Shown piece by piece: positions 49,262-59,093 of a DNA stretch of 64,000 nt. Under the pieces are notes generated by a model that saw nothing but the letters and a program-made list of their open reading frames with translations, did no database searches and was not told where the DNA came from. Every line of letters starts with the position of its first letter. The stretch's first letter is position 1. The stretch comes from an uncultured virus (IMG/VR IMGVR_UViG_3300025889_017362). Lineage: Duplodnaviria; Heunggongvirae; Uroviricota; Caudoviricetes. The stretch lies in IMG/VR virus record IMGVR_UViG_3300025889_017362; one strand, written 5' to 3'. The translations under genes and the position numbers were made by a program.

Positions 49262-50308
49262 ATGGTAGATTATATTCTTACTTCTGATGTTAGGTATGAA
49301 AAAGATAAACCGACCTATCTAATAACAGGCTCTCATGGAAACATTGGTAGTTATATAGTAGAAGAATTGTGTAAGCAAAAAGATAACATCAACATCGTTT
49401 GTGTAGACAACATGTATAATGGTAATGCCACAAACTTACAAAAGTCTTTTGAGTTAGCCAATAAGAAAAACATTTCCATAAGAGAGAGACACATCTCTAT
49501 TGATAATGAGATGATGATGCGCAATACTTTTGCTGACTACAGACCCGATTATGTGTTTCATTGTGCATCTATGTTGACCCTAGATAGTAAAGAGTCTCCG
49601 ATAAAGGCAATCAAAACAAATACGTTAGGCGCCGGTATTGTATTTCAGCTGTGTGTAGAATACAATGTAAAGAAAGTTGTATATTCATCTTCTGCTTCTG
49701 TGTTTGGACAACCAGCTTATACACCAACTGATGAAGGCTGCCCACTCAATGGAGATAAACTTCTGTATGGCTCAACAAAGATTGCTACAGAATACATTGC
49801 TAGAACTTTTATAGAAGAAGGTTTAAACATAGTAGGTCTTCGTTATTTCAATGTGTATGGACCAAGACAATCACTTGCAAATGTTTATACACAGATTGTC
49901 CCAAAGTGGATAAAAGCTATTGCTAATGGCGAAGACATCATAATCTATGGTGATGGCACACAGACGATGGATATGATTTTCTCAACAGATGTTGCCAGAG
50001 CCAATCTGGCCGCTCTTGAGAATGACGAATGTAGAAACACCTTTATCAACATCGGCACAGGGCAGGAGACATCTGTAAAGGAATTATTGGATGTTATGTT
50101 GGAAGAGATGGGCAAGATAGTTTCTAACATAAGGTCAGAAATACATTATGAAAGTCACGACCCTAATTTGGTGAAAAAAAGATGTTGTGATAATAGGTTG
50201 ATGTTAAAGTATTTAGGAAAGCCGCAAACAAACATAAGAGAAGGCATCGTGGAGACCTGTAAAGAGATTTACGATAGAATGCACAAGTCAAATGTGCACA
50301 ACGATTAG
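49262..50308 (+). CDS. NAD-dependent epimerase/dehydratase (extended SDR)
   Basis: ITGSHGNIG, VFHCAS, YSSSASVFG, YGSTK, LRYFNVYGPRQ, YGDGTQTMD. Confidence 0.92.
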   Translation: MVDYILTSDVRYEKDKPTYLITGSHGNIGSYIVEELCKQKDNINIVCVDNMYNGNATNLQKSFELANKKNISIRERHISIDNEMMMRNTFADYRPDYVFHCASMLTLDSKESPIKAIKTNTLGAGIVFQLCVEYNVKKVVYSSSASVFGQPAYTPTDEGCPLNGDKLLYGSTKIATEYIARTFIEEGLNIVGLRYFNVYGPRQSLANVYTQIVPKWIKAIANGEDIIIYGDGTQTMDMIFSTDVARANLAALENDECRNTFINIGTGQETSVKELLDVMLEEMGKIVSNIRSEIHYESHDPNLVKKRCCDNRLMLKYLGKPQTNIREGIVETCKEIYDRMHKSNVHND

Positions 50309-50324
50309 TGAAAGATAAAAGGTT

Positions 50325-51320
50325 ATGAGTTTTTTAGAAACAATAAAGGGCGATAAGCCTGTATTCTTTATACATGCCTTATGTGGTATTGGCGACATTA
50401 CTAGTCATTTAGCAAGACTACCAAGTGTTGAGAAGACATACCCAAATCATAAAATAGTTTTTTTGCTTGGTGGTTATGGCAAATCGCCAAAACTATCAAA
50501 GGAAATGATTGAGCGGCAAGGCTATAACGCCACTACAATCAAAAACTATGTCTACCATAGTCAACATCAAAAGATGGAAGAGTTTATCAAGAAGACCTAT
50601 GTGAAAAGTGTACGTGGTGATGTTTATGAAGATTGGTCTTTTTGTAAAGAGATATTCCAAAATGAAGAGCCACCTTTTTACAAATATCCATTGGCTTTCC
50701 CTTATGAATATAATTTTGATGTTGACACTAGTGGCATTCCCAATTGGGAAAACTTTCTAAAGTCTCGCTCAGTGCTGATAAAACCATTTACAACAGATGG
50801 TAATGCAGAGGGATTTGACCATGATGTTAGTAACAATAGGTTTTGGTCAGCAGAGAAGTGGACAGAGTTATGTAGGATACTGGTCGATAACAGATACTTA
50901 CCTGTTTTTATGGGTCTTGAGAAAGATTTACAGAATGTGCCACATTTACTCTATTCTCAAAACATACCTTTTATGAATTTTATGGGTATGGGTATTGAGG
51001 AGACAACAGCGTTGTTGAAAAATGCAATAGGATGTATTACAACAAATAGTTGGGAGTGGGGTATCGCTTCTCGTATGGGTGTGCCTACTGTTTGTATGTT
51101 TCTAAAGAATCAGTTTTTTATACCTATTCATACACCACAAGAGCCATCGGACATTTGGAATAACTTATATCTTGAAACAAATCCTGTATCTACGGCAAAA
51201 GCTTTCGTGCCTGATAGACAATACCAATCTGCACCGACCCGACTAATGGATGGTGAAACCCTTCCTATCAACATTTATGAAGTTTTTGACTTTATGGTCA
51301 ACAATAAGGAGCGCCCATAA
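50325..51320 (+). CDS. GT9-like (GT-B fold) glycosyltransferase, divergent
   Basis: GIGDI, RFWSAEKWTEL, PVFMG, ITTNSW..IASRMGVPTVCMF. Confidence 0.65.
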   Translation: MSFLETIKGDKPVFFIHALCGIGDITSHLARLPSVEKTYPNHKIVFLLGGYGKSPKLSKEMIERQGYNATTIKNYVYHSQHQKMEEFIKKTYVKSVRGDVYEDWSFCKEIFQNEEPPFYKYPLAFPYEYNFDVDTSGIPNWENFLKSRSVLIKPFTTDGNAEGFDHDVSNNRFWSAEKWTELCRILVDNRYLPVFMGLEKDLQNVPHLLYSQNIPFMNFMGMGIEETTALLKNAIGCITTNSWEWGIASRMGVPTVCMFLKNQFFIPIHTPQEPSDIWNNLYLETNPVSTAKAFVPDRQYQSAPTRLMDGETLPINIYEVFDFMVNNKERP

Positions 51321-53131
51321 TGATGAAGTATTCTATTGCAATGATAACTTTGGATGACATGGATACTATCCAAGACACATTAGACAATGTAAAACCATAC
51401 ATCGTTTCTGATTTTGTCATTGTAGATGGTGGCTCAACTGATGGCACTTTAGAGTTGTTACAAAAGTTTCAGACCGAAGTAGGAGAAGATAGAGTAACCA
51501 TACTTGAGAAAAAATGGGCCCACGATTTTGAAGTGCAGAAAAACTTTGCACTTGATAATACAAAAGAAGAGTGGAGAGTGCTTATAGATGCTGATGAGAA
51601 GTTAGAGCATCTTCTTTGGAATCAACTTCCTTGGCATATTTGGGAGGCGGAAAAGAAGGGTGTTGATTGTATAAATCTGCCACGTATCAACATTGTAGAT
51701 GGACTAGACCAAGAGATGGTCGAGAGGCAAGGTTGGTCATTATCATACTTTTCTTGGGTCAACTATCCCGACTACCAACAGAGAGTTTATAAAAGAAATT
51801 GTCGTTATTCTGGTAGGACACATGAGCGGATAATTGGCGCCAAAAAAGATGCTGCCATAGTAGGTCAACACATTGTCCATAGAAAAAGCGCTGCAAGACA
51901 ACAAAGAGGCATTGATAGAGAACATGACCAATATCAGTTGGAAGCTAAACTTACAGCTAAGAGAATAAATGTATCTCCTAATAAGAAACTTATTGTCCAC
52001 TATTTACATCATCTTGGTTTAGGTGGCACAGCAAAGGTTGTACAGTTGTTGGCTAAATACTTTCCTAAAGACGATGAGTTTCACCATGTGTTAGCTTACA
52101 AAGCTCACGGTGAAAGAGAAAGAGAGCCATACTTTGAGGATTATTTAGGTAAGGATAATCTTATTTGTTTTGCTTCAGCTCCAGAGTTTTTATACATAAT
52201 GAGAGAATTGAAACCTTTTGTTATACATAGACAAACTGCGGGAGGGCCAGAGTTTCCTTTTGTAAAGCCTGTTGACCAGTTTGCACAACATTTAATTTCA
52301 ACCGCAATATTTGGTAGTAGAGATGATACCATAGAGATTGATAAGTGTGTATACATTAGTAATAATCTACAACACTGCTCTGGCCACGTTGGTAAAGATG
52401 CAACTCTCATTCGTATCCCCGTAGAATCGCCAAGGACAGACGAAGACCTTAGAGGGGAGTTAGATATACCCAAAGATGCTTTCGTCTTTGGTAGAGTAGG
52501 TAGAGATGACGGAGACATCTATGACCCTGTAAACCTTGACGCCTATTCTATGGTAGAAAGAGAAGATACTTATTTTATAGCACTCAACCCTTCTGACAAC
52601 CTAAAAGAAAAGGCCGCAGAGTTAGGTGTAAAGAATGTACGTTGGGTAGAGCCAACATTAGACGATGTAAGGTTGAGTAAGTTTTATAATACAATAGACG
52701 TATTGGCTCATGCTCGTAAAGATGGTGAGTGTAATCCTGGCAATTGTTGGGAAGCAATGGCACACGGCAAACCCGTCATTAGCCACTTGGGTATTCCTTA
52801 CAATGGACACATAGAAGAAATTGGTGATGCTGGTTTTGTTGTTATGAGAAAGAGTAATTTTCACAATGTGTGGCAGAGTGGAAATCCATCATCTATAGCT
52901 GATGTCCTTGATTATGCACGGAGTATCAACCTACCAAACTTTACCTGTGAAGATAGTAAGGGCCAGATAAAAAACAACACAGAAGAGTATGCTCGTATTA
53001 TGAAGGCTTTTATTGATAAGAAGATAGACTATGACTATCTTAGTAGTAGAGCCAAGCAGAGATGGTATGAAAGAGCGCGTCCAGAGGTTATTGTTGAAGA
53101 GCATCTAAAACTTTATAGAGAACTAAGATGA
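51320..53131 (+). CDS. GT2 + GT4 bifunctional glycosyltransferase
   Basis: IVDGGSTDGT, QKNFAL, LIDADE, YPDYQQR, THE (GT2); LGLGGT, FGRVGR, DGEC...WEAMAHGKPVI (GT4). Confidence 0.88.
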   Translation: MMKYSIAMITLDDMDTIQDTLDNVKPYIVSDFVIVDGGSTDGTLELLQKFQTEVGEDRVTILEKKWAHDFEVQKNFALDNTKEEWRVLIDADEKLEHLLWNQLPWHIWEAEKKGVDCINLPRINIVDGLDQEMVERQGWSLSYFSWVNYPDYQQRVYKRNCRYSGRTHERIIGAKKDAAIVGQHIVHRKSAARQQRGIDREHDQYQLEAKLTAKRINVSPNKKLIVHYLHHLGLGGTAKVVQLLAKYFPKDDEFHHVLAYKAHGEREREPYFEDYLGKDNLICFASAPEFLYIMRELKPFVIHRQTAGGPEFPFVKPVDQFAQHLISTAIFGSRDDTIEIDKCVYISNNLQHCSGHVGKDATLIRIPVESPRTDEDLRGELDIPKDAFVFGRVGRDDGDIYDPVNLDAYSMVEREDTYFIALNPSDNLKEKAAELGVKNVRWVEPTLDDVRLSKFYNTIDVLAHARKDGECNPGNCWEAMAHGKPVISHLGIPYNGHIEEIGDAGFVVMRKSNFHNVWQSGNPSSIADVLDYARSINLPNFTCEDSKGQIKNNTEEYARIMKAFIDKKIDYDYLSSRAKQRWYERARPEVIVEEHLKLYRELR

Positions 53132-53733
53132 GTGATAATGAAGAAAGATATGACTTAGGAGAGTATGACCACGCATTTTTTCGTGATAACCAAGACGAGC
53201 AGTTTAGGTTTGGTGGTTTCATTATACCTAAACTCAATGACTTACTTAAACCAAAAACAGTTGTAGACATTGGTTGTGCGGGTGGTGGTCAGATAGAGTT
53301 ATGGAGAAACCTTGAAGTTGATGCAAGAGGTGTAGAAGGGTCACCTAACATAGATGAAATAATATCAAGAGTTGCACAAGAGTTTATTCTATCACATGAC
53401 TTGAGGGATAAACTAGAGTCACCCATTATTGATAATGTTGATTTAGTACAAAGTTACGAAGTAGCAGAGCATATAGAGCATGATTTCTCTGAAGTATTTG
53501 TTGAAAACATAACAATACACAATCCAAAAAAGATTATAATGACAGCTGCTCCGCCTGGCCAAGGTGGTACTCATCATGTTAATTGTCAGAATAAAGATTA
53601 TTGGGTTGAAAGATTTGAAAAAAATGGTTATAATATAGATAGTGAAACAGAAGATACGGTGAGGACATGGGGCAATCCACCAGATAGTGCACCGTGGTTT
53701 CTACCTAACCTAATGGTTTTTAAGAGAGGATAG
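53128..53733 (+). CDS. Class I SAM methyltransferase
   Basis: VVDIGCAGG, GVEGS, HDLR, SYEVAEHI, TAAPPGQGGTHHVNCQ..YW. Confidence 0.88.
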   Translation: MSDNEERYDLGEYDHAFFRDNQDEQFRFGGFIIPKLNDLLKPKTVVDIGCAGGGQIELWRNLEVDARGVEGSPNIDEIISRVAQEFILSHDLRDKLESPIIDNVDLVQSYEVAEHIEHDFSEVFVENITIHNPKKIIMTAAPPGQGGTHHVNCQNKDYWVERFEKNGYNIDSETEDTVRTWGNPPDSAPWFLPNLMVFKRG

Positions 53734-53739
53734 TTAGTA

Positions 53740-54534
53740 ATGGCTGATTTGAAAGACATTCACCACATTGTAATCGGTTATGATAGGGTAAAAGAGTATG
53801 TTATAAATAGAGAGATTATTAGATACAACTTTCCAGATGGTTTAGACTTGTGGTTGACTACTGTCTTCAATGGTAACTTAGAAAAACTTGCTAGTGGTTG
53901 TGGTGAGAATACATTTATTACTATTCCAGAAAATACAGGTTATGCTTATGGGGCATTAGATGCTATCAATGCTGGTTTGAGATTTGCCAACGCATCTTAT
54001 AGAGACATTGTTGTATTGACTAACTTTGATGGCTTCTTTTTCAATCAAGAGAAATACGAAAACCTTATTGATGACTTTATTGCAAGTGGAAAGCCTTTTG
54101 GGGCCGGTAAACATCAATCACATGAGTTTCCTATGTCTGACCTTATGTTATTCAAGAAGGACTTCCTCAAAGAGTTTCTACCTTTGAAACCAGAAGTATA
54201 TTCGCCAAGAAAAGAAATAGATTTTTTACAGAAGGAATATCAAGGCACAGAGCTTGGTTTTGATAATGTAGAAGAATGGGTGCTGAATGCCCTACATTCT
54301 GTAGGCAGTCCAGATGACTTGTGGTGGGAGTTTCAGAGAGATGGACACCCACGTTATCGTTTTACAGAAAAGTATGCCTTTGGCCACCTACATGAGCCAA
54401 GTGATGTATCAGCTATGTTGGACAAGTATAACATCATAAAGGGACATAACATCACAAGGTTTCTTGGAAAAGAGATTGAGCACGTGCCTTTGGCAGAAAT
54501 AAGAAGACCAGACGGGTCAAACTTCTCTGCATAA
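53740..54534 (+). CDS. Probable GT-A fold glycosyltransferase, divergent
   Basis: ENTGYAYG..INAG, VVLTNFD (DxD-like); context within glycan cluster. Confidence 0.45.
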   Translation: MADLKDIHHIVIGYDRVKEYVINREIIRYNFPDGLDLWLTTVFNGNLEKLASGCGENTFITIPENTGYAYGALDAINAGLRFANASYRDIVVLTNFDGFFFNQEKYENLIDDFIASGKPFGAGKHQSHEFPMSDLMLFKKDFLKEFLPLKPEVYSPRKEIDFLQKEYQGTELGFDNVEEWVLNALHSVGSPDDLWWEFQRDGHPRYRFTEKYAFGHLHEPSDVSAMLDKYNIIKGHNITRFLGKEIEHVPLAEIRRPDGSNFSA

Positions 54535-54536
54535 CT

Positions 54537-55631
54537 ATGCCCTATCAAAGATTAACATTAGATACAGCCAGTCTATCTATTGATTGGAATTCAGGCTCAA
54601 CCAAGAAAGTTGTTATTCATCATCTTAATGGCTTAGGTCTTGGTGGCACAGAGGGTATGGTGCAGATTTTACTTGGATGGTTATCTAAGTATGATAAAAA
54701 GTATGACCACTATTTGGCATACAAAGCCGATGGTGATAAGACAAGAGAGCCATACTTTAAAGATGCCGTTGGGTCTAGTAGAATGATTTGCTATACTAGT
54801 CAACATCAACTATTAGAAAAAGTAAAACAACTAAATCCTTTTGTACTTCATCGTTATAGTGCAGGTATACCAGAGTGGCCGCTTGTTCCACAAATAAAAG
54901 AATACTGCAAACACTTTCTGAGCACAGCAGTATTTGCTAACCAAGATGATAGTATAGAAATCTCAAGAGTGATTTATGTATCTCAACAACTAAAGATGGC
55001 AGCTGGTTTTGGAGATAATCCTAAACACGTTGTATTAAGAAATTCAATTGAAAGTCCTTACTCAAATGAAAATCTAAGAGAAGAGCTCGGTATCCCCGCT
55101 GACGCTTTTGTTTTTGGTAGAATAGGAAGAGATGATGAAAACATTTATGACCCGATTAATCTGGAGGCTTATGGGCAAGTTGAGACTTCCAGAACCTTTT
55201 TTGTTATTGTTAATGCATCCGATTTATGCAGGGCTGATATTAGCAGGCTTGGTATTGCTAATGCTAAATTTATAGATAAGACAACATCTAAAGAAAGACT
55301 TAGTAAGTTTTACAATACCATTGATGTTTTAGCTCATGCCAGAAAAGATGGAGAGTGTAACCCAGCAAATGTTTGGGAGGCTGCAGCCCACGGTAAGCCT
55401 GTTATCTCACATTATGGACAAACATTCAACGGCCACATAGAGACAATAGCCGACACTGGTTTTGTTGTCTTACCAAATGATACTAGTGAGTATACCCGTA
55501 TTATGAAAGGTTTTATTGATGGCAGTATTGAGTACAAATACTATAGTGATAGAGCCAAACAAAACTGGCATGATGTATGTAGACCAGAAATAATTGGAAG
55601 AAAGTATTTAGACATACTCAATAGTTTATAA
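54537..55631 (+). CDS. GT4 glycosyltransferase (paralog of the 51320 C-terminal domain)
   Basis: LGLGGTE, FGRIGRDD, RLSKFYNTIDVLAHARKDGECNP..WEAAAHGKPVI. Confidence 0.88.
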   Translation: MPYQRLTLDTASLSIDWNSGSTKKVVIHHLNGLGLGGTEGMVQILLGWLSKYDKKYDHYLAYKADGDKTREPYFKDAVGSSRMICYTSQHQLLEKVKQLNPFVLHRYSAGIPEWPLVPQIKEYCKHFLSTAVFANQDDSIEISRVIYVSQQLKMAAGFGDNPKHVVLRNSIESPYSNENLREELGIPADAFVFGRIGRDDENIYDPINLEAYGQVETSRTFFVIVNASDLCRADISRLGIANAKFIDKTTSKERLSKFYNTIDVLAHARKDGECNPANVWEAAAHGKPVISHYGQTFNGHIETIADTGFVVLPNDTSEYTRIMKGFIDGSIEYKYYSDRAKQNWHDVCRPEIIGRKYLDILNSL

Positions 55632-55653
55632 AGCCTCCTTTTTGTATTATACT
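55625..55653 (+). promoter_or_regulatory. Possible sigma70-type promoter
   Basis: TTTATA-17 nt-TATACT at the start of the gap before 55719. Confidence 0.35.
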
Positions 55654-55718
55654 ATGTATCAATAAAAAAGACAAAGATACAATGAAAGAATTGGTAATAA
55701 CACAAAGGATGGTGAATA

Positions 55719-56705
55719 ATGGCTAAGTGCTTCATCACGGGATGTGCAGGTTTTGTGGCGAGCAATCTTGCCCGCACCCTACTAAATAAGGGTCATCAAG
55801 TAGTCGGTATAGATAATTTTTCCTGTGGTTTTCGTAAAAACATGGAAGATTTTTATAACCACCCTAACTTTACATTTTATGAGCAAGACATTAGGGACAT
55901 TTCTCCAAGTGAAGTATCATACGATGCTGTGTGGCATCTTGCCGCAAGAGGTGAGTTGTATTGGGTAAGAGATAACATTGACGAGGCCATAGACATCAAT
56001 GTAAAAGGCACTCTAAAAATGCTTGACTTTGCTAAGTCTGCTAATGCTCAACATTTTTATTTTGCAGATACTTCAGCCGAATACGATAACATAAAAGGTG
56101 AAGAAAACTATCCTACCGCTGAAAAAGATGCACCAAACATAAACACTCCAATGGGTTATTATGCTATTACTAAAATGGCAGCATCTCAATTTATAAGAAG
56201 TTATGGTGAAACAAACGGCATAGGCACTACCTTATTTCGTTACACTAATATTTACGGCCCATCAATGAATCTCAAAAGAGACATTCCACCAGTTGTTGGG
56301 TCTTTTACAAATAGAATGTTTGATGGTGAGATACCTATTATTTATGGTACAGGCCGCAAACGTAGAGATTTCTTACACATTGATGACCTAAACGATTTTC
56401 ACTATGCCTCTTTTGAAAACAGACAAGATAAAACTGATTCACAAACATACAATGCAGGTTGTGGTAAAAACTATGAAATCTTAGAAATAAGAAGATTGGT
56501 TTATAATGCTTGTATGAAAAGATATGATGGCACACCTTCTGGAATTTTGTATAAACCAGAACAACCAAATGAAGCTGAGATTACTCAAGCAGACATCTCA
56601 AAAGCAAAAGAAGATTGGGGTTGGGAGCCTAAGTTGTCAATTGAAGAAGGTATTGATAGGACAGTAGAAAGTTTATGGCAACTAAGGGTAAAAAATAATG
56701 CTTGA
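55719..56705 (+). CDS. NAD-dependent epimerase/dehydratase (extended SDR)
   Basis: ITGCAGFVAS, GIDNFS, WHLAA, YAITK, FRYTNIYGP, RRDFLHIDD, LSIEEGI. Confidence 0.92.
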   Translation: MAKCFITGCAGFVASNLARTLLNKGHQVVGIDNFSCGFRKNMEDFYNHPNFTFYEQDIRDISPSEVSYDAVWHLAARGELYWVRDNIDEAIDINVKGTLKMLDFAKSANAQHFYFADTSAEYDNIKGEENYPTAEKDAPNINTPMGYYAITKMAASQFIRSYGETNGIGTTLFRYTNIYGPSMNLKRDIPPVVGSFTNRMFDGEIPIIYGTGRKRRDFLHIDDLNDFHYASFENRQDKTDSQTYNAGCGKNYEILEIRRLVYNACMKRYDGTPSGILYKPEQPNEAEITQADISKAKEDWGWEPKLSIEEGIDRTVESLWQLRVKNNA

Positions 56706-56730
56706 CAAAATAGATTCCAATACCTATATT
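56702..56730 (+). promoter_or_regulatory. Sigma70-type promoter
   Basis: TTGACA (56702-56707), 17 nt, TATATT (56725-56730); SD AGGAG follows before ATG 56764. Confidence 0.75.
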
Positions 56731-56763
56731 ATGTATACATTATAAAAAATAGGAGAGAATCAA

Positions 56764-57084
56764 ATGACGGTTAGTGTTGATAGACAAGGTAGAGAAAGAA
56801 TAGATAGTCTTAAGGTTGCAAATGATGGTAAGAAGTATATCTATGAAAGCCCCGATAATGGCAAGACCATCTATAGACGAGAGATAAAAAACTATGATGA
56901 TGTTTCTGGTATCAAGGTAGAATCAAATGACGGTTGGAGTGCATACGATGTTGATAGCAACGACCCTATGATAATGTATTGCAATCTTCAAGATGCCATT
57001 AAACATATTGAGTATTTAGAGAATAAAATAAAAAAGATGACCGATACTATTGATAACATACAGAATTTAATAAGGCAACTATGA
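56764..57084 (+). CDS. Hypothetical phage protein
   Basis: IYESPDNGKTIYRR motif; C-terminal coiled coil; good SD. Confidence 0.65.
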   Translation: MTVSVDRQGRERIDSLKVANDGKKYIYESPDNGKTIYRREIKNYDDVSGIKVESNDGWSAYDVDSNDPMIMYCNLQDAIKHIEYLENKIKKMTDTIDNIQNLIRQL

Positions 57085-58088
57085 TTATAACAAAGACACC
57101 ACTGAGAATAACATTCGCTGGTGGTGGCTCTGATATGCCATCATTCTTTGAGGATAACGGCGGTCATTGTATAAATGCAACGATAGATAAGTATGTCTAT
57201 GTTTTGGTGAAGAAACGACCAGATAATAAAATCTATCTAAAGTATTCTGAAAATGAAGTTGTAGACACAAACACAATCTTTGAAATACAACACGACTTTA
57301 TCAGAGAGACACTTATCTATCTTGGTGTTGACTATGGTTTAGAGATTATCAACTGGGCAGACATACCAACAAAGGGTAGTGGTCTTGGTAGTAGTGGAAG
57401 TTTTCTTGTTGGTTTGCTAAATGCCATTCATACACTTGAAGGTAATTATGTCAGTAAAGAAAACTTAGCACAACAGGCATCACACATAGAAATGGTTTTA
57501 TGTGGTAAACCTATAGGTTATCAAGACCAGTATGCTGCTGCTTTTGGCGGCCTCAATGAAATAACCTTTTCTGGAAAAGAAAGCCATAGGGTAGAAGTTA
57601 AGCCACTAATAAAGAAACAAGACCAACTAAACCTTATCTCTCAAAACCTATTGTTGTTTTATACTGGTATAACAAGAGAAAGCTCAACAGTTTTAGAAGA
57701 CCAAAATAAAAACTTGATGAGTAAAGATGATAGTATAAAGGCCATGAAGGAAAATGTTAGACTATCAAAGTGGCTCGTTGAGCATCTTCATAATAAAGAG
57801 TATCAATACATAGGTCATGCACTGAGAATGAATTGGGACTTAAAACTAAAGTTTAGTGATAAGATTGTAAACAAAGAGTTGGTAAAGATGTATGAAACCG
57901 CCAGAGATGCAGGTGCTACTGGCGGAAAGATAATAGGTGCAGGTGGTGGTGGTTTTATGATGTTTTATGTTGATAGAGCAAAACAACAACTGATGGAAAA
58001 GATGGTTAGTGAATTAGGTAATTACAGAGCTATGGATTTTAAAATTGATTGTTATGGTAGTAGAGTTTTACTAAATGTGGAGACCTAA
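57081..58088 (+). CDS. hddA: D-glycero-alpha-D-manno-heptose-7-phosphate kinase (GHMP family)
   Basis: KTPLRITFAGGGSD, ATIDKYVYV, ADIPTKGSGLGSSG, IGYQDQYAAAFGG, LFYTGITR, GGKIIGAGGGGF. Confidence 0.88.
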   Translation: MIITKTPLRITFAGGGSDMPSFFEDNGGHCINATIDKYVYVLVKKRPDNKIYLKYSENEVVDTNTIFEIQHDFIRETLIYLGVDYGLEIINWADIPTKGSGLGSSGSFLVGLLNAIHTLEGNYVSKENLAQQASHIEMVLCGKPIGYQDQYAAAFGGLNEITFSGKESHRVEVKPLIKKQDQLNLISQNLLLFYTGITRESSTVLEDQNKNLMSKDDSIKAMKENVRLSKWLVEHLHNKEYQYIGHALRMNWDLKLKFSDKIVNKELVKMYETARDAGATGGKIIGAGGGGFMMFYVDRAKQQLMEKMVSELGNYRAMDFKIDCYGSRVLLNVET

Positions 58089-58659
58089 ATTGAAAACAAT
58101 GACAATAACAGATTATAAAGAAGAAGTTATAAGGTGTGTATCAGAGCTTGACAATGAAGTTTTAGATTTTGTCAAGAATAGATTGCAACAAGATTATCAA
58201 TATAATAAACAAGCATTGTGGTCTAAACAGGTTGCTAATGTCTATCTGATAGGTAATGGTGGTAGTCATGCTATTGCCGAGCATATTGCAACAGACCTCT
58301 ATAAAAGATGTCGTATAAGGGCTCATACACTTAGTAATAATAGTTTACTTACTGCTCTAACTAATGACTATAGTCAAGAAGATGCGCTGGCTCATTGGCT
58401 AAAAATGCAAAAGATAAGAAGGTCAGATTATGTCATTGCGGTTTCATCATCTGGTAAATCGCCAAACATAATAAAGGCTTTAGAGTTTGCTGGTGAATTA
58501 GAATGTAATACATTGTCTATATTTGGATTTGATGGTGAAGCTGTGTTGACAAGTGATAGAGATAAGTTTATAAAAATAGATAGTCACAATTACGGTGTAG
58601 TTGAATTAACATCAGAGATTGCACTTCACGCTATCGTAGAAGAGCTAGTTGTAGAATAG
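58075..58659 (+). CDS. gmhA: Sedoheptulose-7-phosphate isomerase (SIS domain)
   Basis: IGNGGSHAIAEHIATD, LTALTNDY, AVSSSGKSPNIIKA, GFDG, YGVVE..H; true start may be ATG 58099. Confidence 0.85.
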   Translation: MWRPKLKTMTITDYKEEVIRCVSELDNEVLDFVKNRLQQDYQYNKQALWSKQVANVYLIGNGGSHAIAEHIATDLYKRCRIRAHTLSNNSLLTALTNDYSQEDALAHWLKMQKIRRSDYVIAVSSSGKSPNIIKALEFAGELECNTLSIFGFDGEAVLTSDRDKFIKIDSHNYGVVELTSEIALHAIVEELVVE

Positions 58660-58670
58660 GAGAATAAAAG

Positions 58671-58844
58671 ATGGCAAGGTTGTTACAACAAGTTTTACAC
58701 AATAAAGAGGCAGAGGTTATCCTAATAACAGTTTCGGATAAAATCTCATCTGATGCACTAAAGAAAATTTACAACCTTATACTTGATGAAGAAATAAAGA
58801 GTATAAAAAATCCTACACCAAAGGATACTAAAAATGAGCAATAA
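58671..58844 (+). CDS. Small hypothetical protein, 57 aa (not in ORF track)
   Basis: MARLLQQVLHNKEAEV...KDTKNEQ; SD AGGAG at 58658-58662; fills the gap and overlaps the next gene. Confidence 0.6.
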   Translation: MARLLQQVLHNKEAEVILITVSDKISSDALKKIYNLILDEEIKSIKNPTPKDTKNEQ

Positions 58845-59085
58845 TGTTACAGACTTCCCTATGGATAAGGCTAATGTTTCTAATGAGAATTTGTGGAAGT
58901 GTGATGCCTGTAAACATACCATTACAGAGGCGATGGAAAAAGAAAACGCTCCAAAGAGCAAGGTCTTACCTATGAATCTTGGCGGTATTGCTATCTATGT
59001 CTGCCCTAATTGTCGGACATTCCAACTGCCAGAAGAAGTTTATGATGCCATTCTGAAAAAAGCCGAAAGTAGAATTATTTCGTAA
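58834..59085 (+). CDS. Small zinc-ribbon protein
   Basis: WKCDACKH ... YVCPNCRT. Confidence 0.65.
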   Translation: MSNNVTDFPMDKANVSNENLWKCDACKHTITEAMEKENAPKSKVLPMNLGGIAIYVCPNCRTFQLPEEVYDAILKKAESRIIS

Positions 59086-59093
59086 AATAGTGC

